This document shows, piece after piece, positions 10,509 to 20,582 of a stretch of DNA of 64,000 nt. The translations under genes were made by a program, and so were the position numbers. The notes under the pieces are model-generated. The model searched no databases. It was given only the letters and a program-made list of their open reading frames with translations, and was not told where the DNA came from. The first letter of the stretch is position 1; every line of letters begins with the position of its first letter. Source of the DNA: an uncultured Planctomycetaceae bacterium (GTDB lineage Bacteria; Planctomycetota; Planctomycetia; Planctomycetales; Planctomycetaceae); assembly GCA_963976765.1 (NCBI GenBank), contig CAXBME010000007.1, forward strand, positions 124,001 to 188,000, written 5' to 3'.

Positions 10509-11201
10509 GTGGTTAATTCAGACGGTCAGAAACTGCACAAGCCGTCGGCGGTGGTCACTGAAACGGTCCGTTGCCTGGTCAATCGGCCGGGCATCGTTCC
10601 CGGTTCGCGGGTTCTGCTCTGCGGAATTTCGAACACCGAGCTGATTCACGAACTGACAAGTCTGGGGCTGCTGGTAACCTGCACTGACGAAGTGGACGCT
10701 GATTCGCTTCAGGAAGCAATCCCCGAAGCCGAGTGCTGTTTAGGCAACACACCTCGCGCGCAGTTCGACCAGTCGGACACAGGCTTCGACCTTGTCGTTG
10801 TACCGGTTGCCGAGAAAAGTAAATGCCAGAACACCTTTTCCCGAGCATCGATGATGGAACTGGCTGGCCGGCTGGCATGCCTGCAGCCAGGCGGTTTTCT
10901 GGTCCAACTGGGGGGAACCAGCGACGCTGACAGCGCTCGGACGACGCACTCGTTGCAGTGTTGTCTTCGGCAGGTCACCGCGTTTCCCGGTCGGAGTTCG
11001 ATCCGCTCGTTTGCCGCTTTCCGTCGGCTGAGATTCTCAAAACGCAGCGGGCGGTTTGCCGTTTCGCTTCAGATTCCAGAAAAAAGACTGTCGCCGTTCG
11101 AATGGGACACTCTGGCCATGAACGCTTCGAAACATTTGCCCACGGACTGTTGTCACGGTTCGGCTGAGCAAACCGAAACTGATTTCGAACGCGCTGCATA
11201 A
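10509..11201 (+). CDS. Hypothetical protein with a degenerate class I SAM-methyltransferase-like fold
   Basis: PGSRVLLCG, FDLVVV, LQPGGFLV; GTG start after GGAGG (start uncertain). Confidence 0.55.
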   Translation: MVNSDGQKLHKPSAVVTETVRCLVNRPGIVPGSRVLLCGISNTELIHELTSLGLLVTCTDEVDADSLQEAIPEAECCLGNTPRAQFDQSDTGFDLVVVPVAEKSKCQNTFSRASMMELAGRLACLQPGGFLVQLGGTSDADSARTTHSLQCCLRQVTAFPGRSSIRSFAAFRRLRFSKRSGRFAVSLQIPEKRLSPFEWDTLAMNASKHLPTDCCHGSAEQTETDFERAA

Positions 11202-11465
11202 GATTTGCTGATTCGGCTTTGAGCGTTGTCGACAGGCACAAGCTCAGCCGGACATTTCCGCAGATGCGGCATAATCCGGAGTCGCTGCCAGGTTTGTGGA
11301 CCGGCTGCAACGAATTGTCCAGATCCGCCGCGCCCCGAATCTGCGACGAGGCAGGTTTACTCGTTTCAGATCCGTTCCGCTTTGGATACGATCGAGGGCT
11401 ATTGTTCCCGTCATTGTCGAGTGGTGGCAAAATTTGTCGACCTGTGTTTGGGAGAAGCTTTATTC

Positions 11466-12203
11466 ATGCCCGTGCGACTGGTGCCCGTCTCGCCTGGAAA
11501 GACCATCAAGCTGGACAAGCCTGTCCTGCTGATCGGTCGCAATCCGGACTGCGACGTCATCCTCAAAGAAAGTCGCAAGGTGTCGCGGACTCACTGCCTG
11601 ATCGCCTGCGTCGAAAATACGATCGTCGTGCGGGATCTGGGAAGCACCAACGGCGTCTGGCTCAACAGCCAGCGGGTTGAACGCGAGTCTCGCCTCAAAG
11701 TTGGTGATGAGCTGTCCGTCGCCGACGTTCGGTACAACCTGGTCCGTGTCGAAAAGAGCAACGGCCTGAAAGGAACTCCGAACGCAGAGATTCCGCAAGT
11801 GGTTTCTGCGAAACGGAAAAATGTACCGCAGGCGGCGAGACGGCGGAAACACTCGCCTCTAGATGCTGGACAGGACGTTCCGGTCGCCATCCCTGACGAA
11901 GATGACAGCTTTGTGGTCGAAGCGTCTGCGCCACGACTGCCTCGCGTCTCACCGGAAGCCATGCGGGCTGCCGCGGATGAAAGTGCCAGTGAGAAACGTG
12001 GAAACCGTGAATCTGACTTCCGCGGGGCGTCGTCGCTGGATGACGATTCGGGGTTCGATCTGCCCGAACCGCTGGATATGAGCGACGATTACGAAGCAGG
12101 ACTGGATGGGACTGCTGAGCCGGACGACAGCTCGAATGATGTCCCGATAATTCCGCTCGACGATGAGTCGTACGACGCTCCGATAATTCCATTGGACGAT
12201 TGA
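11466..12203 (+). CDS. FHA domain protein with acidic disordered C-terminus
   Basis: LIGRNPDCD, KVSRTHC, DLGSTNGVWLN; ATG after GGAG. Confidence 0.9.
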   Translation: MPVRLVPVSPGKTIKLDKPVLLIGRNPDCDVILKESRKVSRTHCLIACVENTIVVRDLGSTNGVWLNSQRVERESRLKVGDELSVADVRYNLVRVEKSNGLKGTPNAEIPQVVSAKRKNVPQAARRRKHSPLDAGQDVPVAIPDEDDSFVVEASAPRLPRVSPEAMRAAADESASEKRGNRESDFRGASSLDDDSGFDLPEPLDMSDDYEAGLDGTAEPDDSSNDVPIIPLDDESYDAPIIPLDD

Positions 12204-12495
12204 GCAGCCAGCGAATTCGCCATTGCTGGCGTAACCGCTAATTTATCATCCACGCGGATTCCCGGTTCGCCGTTTGTATGACCTCGCCCACCTGGTGATT
12301 ATGAGTTATCCGAACCCGGCGAACCCCGTATGATGCGACTTCCTTTGTGCCGGTCGCCCGGTTCTCCGACCGCGGCAACGGTTTCGACGCTTGTCGATCC
12401 AGTGTATTTATTTCAGATTTGTTTCAAGCATTAACAACTCGGGTGATGCCGGAGCCAACGCTCGGCAGTTCAATCGCCCCCTGACGGAGGTCACC

Positions 12496-13731
12496 ATGCG
12501 TCCCGGACCTGTCATCGTAGCCGTTCTCTCGTTGATTCTGTCGATCATGGGGGTCGCCTGGCTGTCGCAGAGCATCAGTCAGTCGATCGATATTTCCGGG
12601 AAGCAACCTGTTACGAAAATTGAGGATCAGCCCGATTTTCCAATACCGTCAGAATCTGGCCCTCACCCGAAAGCGATTTTCGAAGAGACCGAATTCGACT
12701 TTGGAACGCGCCCCAGATTCTCAAAAGGGACTCACAAGTTCGTTGTGACGAACAATGGCGAAGCTGAACTGAAGCTCAAGACGGGACGGACCACATGCCA
12801 GTGTACGCTGGGTGAGCTTGGCAGGAGTACGGTCGCTCCCGGCGAGTCGACGACGATTGAGTTGAGCTGGGAAATCAAGCAGGCCGGCCCCGGCTTCAGG
12901 CATTCCGCTCAGATTCACACAAACGATCCAGCGAACCCGGCACAGACTCTGGTTGTGAAAGGTTTTATTGGAGTCGACCTCGCCGTGTGGCCTGCAGACC
13001 GATGGTCACTGGGTTCAATGAAAGTCGATGGACAGGCAATGATTGATGGTTACGTCTATTCTCAGATGTCTGAAAACCTCGAAGTGACAAAGGTCGAGAG
13101 CAGTTATCCAGGATTGACATTCGAAGTCAAGCAATTGACTCGTGAAGAAATGGACGCAGTTGCAAGCCGCCTGACGGATGAGGCTACTCCACCGCCCGAT
13201 CCACATGGCAAAGATGTAAAACCTCAGACTCCGAATATCAAAGCCGCTGCTCGCATCATGGTCACGGCAGACCATCAGATTCCGGTCGGCCAGTTTTCAA
13301 TACCAGTGACGATTCACACAAATCTCGACGAGACGCCGACGCTCTCGATCGCTGTGACTGGTGTCCGTCCGGGACCGTACCAGTTCTTCCCGCAGCCAGG
13401 CACAGGCTATCAGCACAGCACGATGTCGATTGCCGCCGGGGAAATTTCCGCGACGGAAGAACATGAGGCCTCGCTTCTGCTGATCTGTCGAGGCTTCAAT
13501 GAAGAATTGAAACTCACGGAAGTCGTGGCTGATCCGAGCTGGCTGAAGGTTGAGATTGAGCCTGCCCCTGGCGAAGGTGACGTTCGCCGTTATCGCCTGT
13601 TGCTGAAATTTCCTGCGGGACTGCCTTCGATTGTTCGGACCTCGTCGGATCCTGCAACGCTGAAGCTTCGGACAAATCATCCTGATGCAGAGATTCTCAA
13701 CCTGAAAGCGACATTCGTCGTCAAGGAATAA
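12496..13731 (+). CDS. DUF1573 (Ig-like) membrane-anchored protein
   Basis: N-terminal TM; FDFG...HKFVVTNNGEAEL...TTCQCT...APGES; HTNDP; ATG after GGAGG. Confidence 0.8.
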   Translation: MRPGPVIVAVLSLILSIMGVAWLSQSISQSIDISGKQPVTKIEDQPDFPIPSESGPHPKAIFEETEFDFGTRPRFSKGTHKFVVTNNGEAELKLKTGRTTCQCTLGELGRSTVAPGESTTIELSWEIKQAGPGFRHSAQIHTNDPANPAQTLVVKGFIGVDLAVWPADRWSLGSMKVDGQAMIDGYVYSQMSENLEVTKVESSYPGLTFEVKQLTREEMDAVASRLTDEATPPPDPHGKDVKPQTPNIKAAARIMVTADHQIPVGQFSIPVTIHTNLDETPTLSIAVTGVRPGPYQFFPQPGTGYQHSTMSIAAGEISATEEHEASLLLICRGFNEELKLTEVVADPSWLKVEIEPAPGEGDVRRYRLLLKFPAGLPSIVRTSSDPATLKLRTNHPDAEILNLKATFVVKE

Positions 13732-13733
13732 TC

Positions 13734-15356
13734 ATGCGCGCCAGTTCATGGATTGGACTTTCGGTGGTCGTCCTGCTGACGATCTGTTTCTCAGGTTGCT
13801 CGAAAGAGGCCGGCAATCAGAGCAGTGACGTTCCGCCGCCGTCGCCAGATGCGAATGCCTCTGCTGAAAATTCCGAGACACAGGCCGGAACGACTGATAC
13901 GTCATCGACCGATCGGCAGTCGGAAAATTCACACGAGCCATCGTCCGGAAAAAGTCACATTGCCGCGAGTGCTGATCCGGCTTTCGGCCCCTACTGCGAC
14001 GGCTGGGAAAAACCGGCTGTCGTATTCGCCGCGACCGGCCAGATGCACGGCTACTTCGAACCGTGCGGTTGTTCGGATCCGCAATATGGTGGCGTGTCTC
14101 GTCGAGCAGAACTGCTGCGGCAGCTTGAAGAACGTGGCTGGCCGGTCGTTCCGGTCGACCTTGGCGGGACAATGAAGCGAGTCCGGCAGCAGAGCCAGTT
14201 CAAGTTTCAAACGCTGCTGGCAGCTCTTAAGGATATGAAGTATCGGGCCCTGGCTCTCGGCACCGAAGAGCTTCAACTGGGAGCTGGCTGGCTGCTTTCA
14301 CAACACGTGCCGCACGATTCCGATCCGAATCTGACCCTGTCGTTTCTCGCTGCCAACGTCGTCCTGTTTGGAACGGCCGACCTCGGCACGCCGGTGCATC
14401 ATCGAGTTGTGCAGGCTGGCGAGCAGAAGATTGGTTTAACCGCGATTTACGATCCAGGACTTCTCGACGGCAGCGGGAACCTCGATGCTGATACGGTGCA
14501 GGTTATCGATCCGGTCGAGCCGCTGAAGAAAGCTGTCGCAGCGTTGCAGGCCGAGAACGTCGATCTGATCGTGCTGCTTTCGCACTCTCGCCTGGCAACG
14601 TCGAAGGAGCTGGCAAAACAGTTTCCCGAGATCCCGCTGATCCTCAGTACGGGGCCGATCGAAGAGCCGCTCACGGACAACCCGTTGAAGATCGGCGAGA
14701 CCACGCTGATCACCGTTGGCCACAAAGGGAAACATGCCGGACTCGTTGGCTGGTACCCCGCAGCGACGGATGGCGAATTCAAATTCGACCTGGTCAAGCT
14801 TGACGGCAAGCGGTTCAAAGACGACCCGCGCATGGTCGAGCACATGAAGTTTTACCAGGACATGCTGAAGGATTCACAGCTTGCCGAAACTGAACCCGTG
14901 CTCCAGCATCCGAGCGGCGCGAAGTTCGTTGGTGCTGAAAAATGCGGCGAGTGTCACACCAAAGCCTTTGCCAAATGGAGCGAAACGGGGCACGCATCCG
15001 CCTTCGACAGTCTTCGCGAAGGTCGACGAGGCATTCCGCGAATGTTCGATCCGGAGTGTCTGTCGTGTCACGTCACCGGCTGGCATCCTCAACAGGTCCT
15101 GAGATACGACTCGGGGTACATCAACGAGAAACTGTCCGCTCACCTGCTGGGCAATCAGTGTGAAAACTGCCACGGCCCCGGCAGCCAGCACATCGAACTG
15201 ATCGAGAACGACGATATAGAAGCGGCCCGCAAGCTGGTCAAAGTAACGTTGAAGCAGGCTCAAACATTCTGCTACGACTGCCACGACCTCGACAACAGCC
15301 CGCACTTCGTCTTCGAAGAGTACTGGCCGGAAGTTGCACACCCAGGCCTTGACTGA
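13734..15356 (+). CDS. Lipoprotein: UshA/5'-nucleotidase-like domain fused to a tetraheme cytochrome c (c554-like) domain
   Basis: Lipobox FSGC; GYFEPCGC...GGVSRR, VDLGG, LLSH; four CxxCH motifs (CGECH, CLSCH, CENCH, CYDCH). Confidence 0.85.
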   Translation: MRASSWIGLSVVVLLTICFSGCSKEAGNQSSDVPPPSPDANASAENSETQAGTTDTSSTDRQSENSHEPSSGKSHIAASADPAFGPYCDGWEKPAVVFAATGQMHGYFEPCGCSDPQYGGVSRRAELLRQLEERGWPVVPVDLGGTMKRVRQQSQFKFQTLLAALKDMKYRALALGTEELQLGAGWLLSQHVPHDSDPNLTLSFLAANVVLFGTADLGTPVHHRVVQAGEQKIGLTAIYDPGLLDGSGNLDADTVQVIDPVEPLKKAVAALQAENVDLIVLLSHSRLATSKELAKQFPEIPLILSTGPIEEPLTDNPLKIGETTLITVGHKGKHAGLVGWYPAATDGEFKFDLVKLDGKRFKDDPRMVEHMKFYQDMLKDSQLAETEPVLQHPSGAKFVGAEKCGECHTKAFAKWSETGHASAFDSLREGRRGIPRMFDPECLSCHVTGWHPQQVLRYDSGYINEKLSAHLLGNQCENCHGPGSQHIELIENDDIEAARKLVKVTLKQAQTFCYDCHDLDNSPHFVFEEYWPEVAHPGLD

Positions 15357-15419
15357 TTTTCGAACGGCCTTGTCGAAACTTCTGCAGCACCCAATTCAGA
15401 CGCGTTCTGGTTGAGCGAC

Positions 15420-16730
15420 ATGACACCGACAACAAAGACCGATAACAGCCCACAAGCCACATCGCCGACCGATCTGTGGGAGCTGTTCCCGGCTCTGCAC
15501 CTTCTTCGAGCATCCGGCCTGGCGATTGACCCACGAAAGATGTTCCTTGGTGGGCTTGCTCTGGTTCTTCTGGCATGGGGTGAGTCGCTGTTCATGCTCC
15601 TGCCATTTGCTCCGTCCGCACGATTGAGCGAGATCACATTTCAAAGGGAGCCAACGATCGTTTCCTGCCTGGCTGGTTGTGCGGGTTTTACTGCCCGACC
15701 GCATCTCAATACTTGGCTGTCGTGGGATTCGGCGGCGTTTTCGCTGCTGACACCCGTCCGTACGTTGATCGAACCGGCCCGAGTGATTTTTCAGGCGAAT
15801 CAGACGTGGCCAGTTCTCGCTTTGGGATGGACTCGATTATTGTGGGCATTGATCGTCTGGTCGCTCGTCGGCGGAGCGCTGTGCCGGATGAACGCGCTGC
15901 AGTTCGCTGCTCGAAAGCGAATCAGTCTCCGAGCGGCGTTCGGATTCTCGCGGCGGCAGTTACTCAGTTACCTCGTCGCTCCGATTCTACCGCTGAGCGC
16001 CGTTCTGATTCTGTATGGATTCAACGCGCTGCTGGGCTGCGCTGCCTCATTAGCTCCAACGGTCGGTAGCATCGCTCTCGGGATCGGCTGGGGCATTGTC
16101 TTGTTTACGGGTTTTCTCATGGCGATGCTGACTCTGGGGCTTGCTCTGGGCTGGCCGTTGATGATTGCGGCCATCAGTGCCGAAGACAGCGACGGTTTCG
16201 ACGGTCTGAGTCGAACTTTCGGATACCTGTTCGATCGTCCCTGGCACGCAGGTCTGTTTGCCGTGTCAGGATTTTCGGTTTTTGCTGTGTCGCGAGTTCT
16301 GATCGCCACGTTGGTTGGTCTGGCGATTTCACTGGGAGCTGAAGCGGTCGAATGTGGAGCCGAATCGATGCTGCCGTTTGAGGAATCGACAGTCAGTTTC
16401 AGACTGGGGCGGCACAGTCAGTTGAATCCTGCAGGCGTGATTGCCAGTCAGCTTGAAGCAGTGTTGACGGAAGGTCGTCGCTTTGACTGGCAGAACGTTG
16501 TTCGTGGCTCTGGTCCGGTTGCCTGGACGCTGGTTCCCGTGTTGCTTTACGTTGGTTTCGGGCCGTCGTTTTTCTGGTCGGCGACAACGGTCAGCTATTT
16601 TCTGTTGAGAAAGTCTGACGATGGAACGCCGTTAGATTCCGTGGTGGACTGGCCTGGGAAGGTCGAGTCTGAATCGCTGACAGCGACGGGCAATTCTCTG
16701 AGCGAAACTCCGCCGGACAGCGAGACATGA
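15420..16730 (+). CDS. Polytopic membrane protein of unknown function
   Basis: Several hydrophobic helices; GWPLMIAAISAEDSDGFDGLSR; YFLLR. Confidence 0.75.
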   Translation: MTPTTKTDNSPQATSPTDLWELFPALHLLRASGLAIDPRKMFLGGLALVLLAWGESLFMLLPFAPSARLSEITFQREPTIVSCLAGCAGFTARPHLNTWLSWDSAAFSLLTPVRTLIEPARVIFQANQTWPVLALGWTRLLWALIVWSLVGGALCRMNALQFAARKRISLRAAFGFSRRQLLSYLVAPILPLSAVLILYGFNALLGCAASLAPTVGSIALGIGWGIVLFTGFLMAMLTLGLALGWPLMIAAISAEDSDGFDGLSRTFGYLFDRPWHAGLFAVSGFSVFAVSRVLIATLVGLAISLGAEAVECGAESMLPFEESTVSFRLGRHSQLNPAGVIASQLEAVLTEGRRFDWQNVVRGSGPVAWTLVPVLLYVGFGPSFFWSATTVSYFLLRKSDDGTPLDSVVDWPGKVESESLTATGNSLSETPPDSET

Positions 16731-16755
16731 ATTCGTTGCAGCCTTGCGCATGAGA

Positions 16756-17826
16756 TCAGTTGGCTGGCTTTCTGCGGTGGTCGACGAGCAGGATTCCGAA
16801 GATTGTCAGCCCGCAGCCGATAATCAATGGCCATGTCATTGGCTCGGCAAAAAGCAGGACGCCGCCGATGGCACACATCGCGTTCTGCGAGGCGTTCAGA
16901 ATGTTGAGAAACGTCACCGGAATTCGTTTCAGCGAACCAGCTACTGCAAAGAACGCTGCGGCGTTCAGAATTCCCGCTCCGATGATTGCCGGCCAGTGAC
17001 CTTCAGAGAGTGCGAAGAGTTTCTCTGGGCCGTCAACCAGAAGGGCGTGGGCGGTCATCGTCACGGCGCCTGTCGTGCTGAGAACAACCAGCGACGACGG
17101 AATGGTCAACGAGCTGGTTACAAGTCTTCGCACGACGACTCCGGTTGCTCCGTAAGTGACTCCTGACACGGCGGCTGAAAGTATCGCCAGCGTTGCTGTT
17201 TGCCAGGAATCAGCATGCCCCATTGCTGTTGTCGCCGAGCCGGCGCCGCTGCTCAGTACACCGACTGCAACGATCAGAATTCCGATCGCTCCCATCGTTT
17301 TCGGTGTGATCTCTTCGCCACAAACCAGCCGCGACATCCACGCTCCCGCGCTGATCAACATCGAGAAACAGACAGGCACGGTGATGGCCAGTCCGCCGAG
17401 ACTCAGTGACCACTGAAACATGAAGTTGCCGGCGTACTGCATGGCCAGGCCGACCAGAACCAGTCGCCAGATCATCCGGCCCGGCGGCAGGCCAGGTTCA
17501 CCTCTTGACCATTGCAAAGCGATCATAATCCAGGCAATCACCGCAGCCGGGATCGCCTTGTTCGCTGTGACCCAGATCGCCCAGCCAGGGTCGTTCGGAA
17601 TGGCCAGTTGCCGCAGGGCGAGGTTTGCTCCTGAGTACCCAACGGCAGCGCAGATTCCCAGCAGAATTCCCAGACCCAGCTCATCGTCGATTCGCCGCGA
17701 TCTGCGTTCTGGTTGAGTGTCGGCGGTGTCTGTCTGAGCTGGTGGGCTCTTTAACGTTCGCAGGCCGGATCCGTGCTGGTCGGATTTTGAGTCTAGAAGC
17801 TGATTGTTTGTCTCGTCATCAGACAT
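16756..17826 (-). CDS. DMT/EamA family transporter
   Basis: About ten TM helices in two repeats, LFAEPMT...GCGLTIFGILL; start placed at MSDDET. Confidence 0.8.
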   Translation of the reverse strand: MSDDETNNQLLDSKSDQHGSGLRTLKSPPAQTDTADTQPERRSRRIDDELGLGILLGICAAVGYSGANLALRQLAIPNDPGWAIWVTANKAIPAAVIAWIMIALQWSRGEPGLPPGRMIWRLVLVGLAMQYAGNFMFQWSLSLGGLAITVPVCFSMLISAGAWMSRLVCGEEITPKTMGAIGILIVAVGVLSSGAGSATTAMGHADSWQTATLAILSAAVSGVTYGATGVVVRRLVTSSLTIPSSLVVLSTTGAVTMTAHALLVDGPEKLFALSEGHWPAIIGAGILNAAAFFAVAGSLKRIPVTFLNILNASQNAMCAIGGVLLFAEPMTWPLIIGCGLTIFGILLVDHRRKPAN

Positions 17827-18033
17827 TGACGGCTGATCCGGATTGAAGAGTTCGATAAAGTCCGCATTGGGCGGGGCAATAAGGCAGGAGTTTCGAGAGT
17901 GACTGAACGCGGACACAAGACGAGCGGCGAATGTTCAACCGCCGAGTATCAGAACAGATTCGCTGTGGCCTGAGAACCATCACGTCCTGCTCAACGCTCC
18001 ACTGACATGACCACACGGAGAGATAAAACAGAA

Positions 18034-18630
18034 ATGGATCGCACGCAGCACTGGAATGAGCGATACGAAACCGGCAGCACTCCGTGGGACAGCGGCCTGC
18101 CTTCGGTTGAGCTTCGTCGTGTCATCTCGGAAGCGAAGATCCAGCCGTGTCGTGTGCTGGAACTTGGCTGCGGCACGGGCACCAATGCTGTCCTGCTGGC
18201 TCAGCTCGGCTTCGAAGTCACAGCTATCGACCTGTCGGCGCTTGCGATTGAACAGGCCATGCAGAAAGCTTCCGAAGCCGGCGTCGAAGTAACCTTCATT
18301 TGCGGCGACGTTTGTTCGATCGCCAGGCCATCAGAGCCGTTTCCACTGGTCTTTGACCGAGGCTGCTTTCACTGTATCCGTCGAGACGTCGGCGTTGGCA
18401 TCATTCTGGAAACGCTCGAACGAGTCACCGCTGCTGGGTCGCAACTCATCGTCTTCACCGGAAACGCCAACGAAAAGCGGGACCACGGTCCGCCGGGACT
18501 TTTCGAAGAAGATATTCGACAAGAACTCGATGGTCTGTTCGAAATCAGTCAGCTTCGACCATTTTTCTTTGAAGACGCAGGCGGCGAGCAAGGCCCGCTC
18601 GGCTGGAGCTGCCTGGCGATTCGGCGTTAG
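18034..18630 (+). CDS. Class I SAM-dependent methyltransferase (TPMT-like)
   Basis: WNERY...TPWD, VLELGCGTG, AIDLS, FDRGCFH. Confidence 0.9.
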   Translation: MDRTQHWNERYETGSTPWDSGLPSVELRRVISEAKIQPCRVLELGCGTGTNAVLLAQLGFEVTAIDLSALAIEQAMQKASEAGVEVTFICGDVCSIARPSEPFPLVFDRGCFHCIRRDVGVGIILETLERVTAAGSQLIVFTGNANEKRDHGPPGLFEEDIRQELDGLFEISQLRPFFFEDAGGEQGPLGWSCLAIRR

Positions 18631-18715
18631 TTTTTCGCCGCCGTCACGATGGTTTCATGAGAAGCCGGTCGCCTCTTCGCTGCCAGTTGAAAAACAGTTG
18701 ACCATTCAATTTTTC

Positions 18716-18791
18716 GTATACCACTGGCTCTGCCAGTGCGGAAATACTTGTCGCCGTCGATTCAAGGAAGCACTGGCAGAGCCAGTGGCAC
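18716..18791. repeat. Inverted pair of REP-like palindromes, family A
   Basis: CCACTGGCTCTGCCAGTGC (18721-18739) and GCACTGGCAGAGCCAGTGGCAC (18770-18791); matches 5951-6020. Confidence 0.85.
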
Positions 18792-18849
18792 TCGTTTTCA
18801 GCGGGCTGTTAGAATGCCGCCTTTTCAACGCGGTGACGGAGCGCTCCTG

Positions 18850-19485
18850 GTGGCTTTAATTGATCTCGACATAACGATCGAACGTGGGCGCATTCCCGAG
18901 TCGATCGATAAGTTCCTGCATGAAGCAAACCTCCGCACCAACGATTATCTGAACCATAGCCGGGTTCGACCGGGCAGTTTTGTGCCATCGGATTTTGTCG
19001 CGGCTTACTACGCGCTGAATGCGGTTATCCAACAGAACCTTGCGCCGGGGCGTCTGTTCTGTGAATGGGGCAGTGGTTTTGGAGTTGTCGCGTCTCTGGC
19101 TTCGCAACTCGGGTTTGACGCCTGCGGAATCGAGATTGAAGAAACGCTGGTGGACGCCGCTCGCGATCTGGCGGACGCTCACTATCTTGACGTCGAGTTT
19201 GCTCTGGGCAGTTACATTCCCGATGGCGCCAGCGAAGATTCCGGCGGAGACCACGATCGAGAAGGTTTTGTGTGGGATGTTGACAGCGACGACGCTTACG
19301 ACGAACTGCAAATCGGACCGGACGAGTTCGATGTCATTTTCTGTTACCCGTGGCCGAGTGAAGAAGAAGCGACGGGCCGCCTGTTCGATTACTGTGCCGC
19401 CGACGGTGCGTTGCTGCTGACGTATACCCAACTGGACGACATTCGGATCCGCCGTAAGGAAGGTGCCCCTGAGGAGCTGTATTGA
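18850..19485 (+). CDS. Putative class I SAM-dependent methyltransferase
   Basis: FVPSDF, FCEWGSGFGVV, GIEIE, FDVIFCYPWP; the longer ORF start runs through the repeat, so GTG at 18850 was chosen. Confidence 0.75.
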   Translation: MALIDLDITIERGRIPESIDKFLHEANLRTNDYLNHSRVRPGSFVPSDFVAAYYALNAVIQQNLAPGRLFCEWGSGFGVVASLASQLGFDACGIEIEETLVDAARDLADAHYLDVEFALGSYIPDGASEDSGGDHDREGFVWDVDSDDAYDELQIGPDEFDVIFCYPWPSEEEATGRLFDYCAADGALLLTYTQLDDIRIRRKEGAPEELY

Positions 19486-19498
19486 CTGACTGTCAATC

Positions 19499-19567
19499 GC
19501 AGGGTGGGCATTGCCACCAGCTTAACGGATCCATGATCAAGCGAATGGTGGGCGATGCTCACCCAGC
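19499..19567. repeat. Inverted pair of GTAG-type REP-like palindromes, family B
   Basis: GCAGGGTGGGCATTGCCACC and TGGTGGGCGATGCTCACCCAGC; second occurrence at 30697-30749. Confidence 0.75.
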
Positions 19568-19590
19568 AGATTTATTAAAGGGAGTGTTGC

Positions 19591-20559
19591 GTGTCGTTGC
19601 GTCTTGTCATGCTGGGAACTGGTTCATTCGCCCTGTCGACGTTCCAGGGCCTTTACGAAACATCGCACGAGGTTGTCGGACTGGTTACTCAGCCGGACCG
19701 TACCGGGCGAGGACACCACAACCATGTCAATCCGATGAAGGAGCTGGCGACCGAGCACGGGACGCCGGTTTTTCAGCCGGCTAAAGCGAACGCGCTGGAA
19801 TCACTGGAACGTCTGCGCGAGTTCAATGCTGATCTGTTCGTCACCGCCGCGTACGGCCAGATTCTGTCCGCCGAACTGTTGAGTATTCCGCGGCTCGGAG
19901 CGATCAACGTTCACGCGTCGCTGCTTCCCAAATACCGAGGTGCCGCGCCGATTCAGTTTGCAATTATTAATGGCGAGACTGAAACCGGCATCACGATTTT
20001 CCGCATCGAACCGAAACTCGATGCTGGTCCGATTCTGGGCGTTGTCAAAACGGAGATCGGCGAAAAGGAGACGTATGGCGAGCTTCAGGACCGGCTGGCA
20101 GAACTCGCCGTGCCGCTGACTTGCCAGGTCGTTGACGACCTGGCAAGCGGCACGGCGCAGGAATTGATTCAGGATGCCAGCCTGGTGACCAAAGCGCCGC
20201 GGCTTCAGAAAACTGACGGAACCGTTCCCTGGAACAAATCGTCGCGACTGGTCGGCTGCCACATTCGGGGGGTGCAGCCGTGGCCGAAGCCTTCAACTGT
20301 ACTGCACTCGGGTGACGCGACTATCCGCATGCTGGTGCTCGACGTCGAGTCGTCCGACCAGCCGGTCGCCGGAGAACCGGGAACGGTCGAAGTGGTCGAC
20401 AGGAAAAGATTGTTCGTTAAAACCGAAGACGGCAGTGTCGAACTGTTGTCCGTTCAGCCGGAAGGCAAACGACCGATGACCGCCGCCGAGCTTCTCAACG
20501 GCAAAGCCATTTCAACCGGCGACCGTTTTGAAATTCCGGCTGCCGGACCCAACCCCTGA
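19591..20559 (+). CDS. fmt: Methionyl-tRNA formyltransferase
   Basis: VTQPDR, AAYGQIL, INVHASLLPKYRGAAPI, LDAGPI. Confidence 0.96.
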   Translation: MSLRLVMLGTGSFALSTFQGLYETSHEVVGLVTQPDRTGRGHHNHVNPMKELATEHGTPVFQPAKANALESLERLREFNADLFVTAAYGQILSAELLSIPRLGAINVHASLLPKYRGAAPIQFAIINGETETGITIFRIEPKLDAGPILGVVKTEIGEKETYGELQDRLAELAVPLTCQVVDDLASGTAQELIQDASLVTKAPRLQKTDGTVPWNKSSRLVGCHIRGVQPWPKPSTVLHSGDATIRMLVLDVESSDQPVAGEPGTVEVVDRKRLFVKTEDGSVELLSVQPEGKRPMTAAELLNGKAISTGDRFEIPAAGPNP

Positions 20560-20582
20560 ATGAAGAATCAACGAGGTTACCT

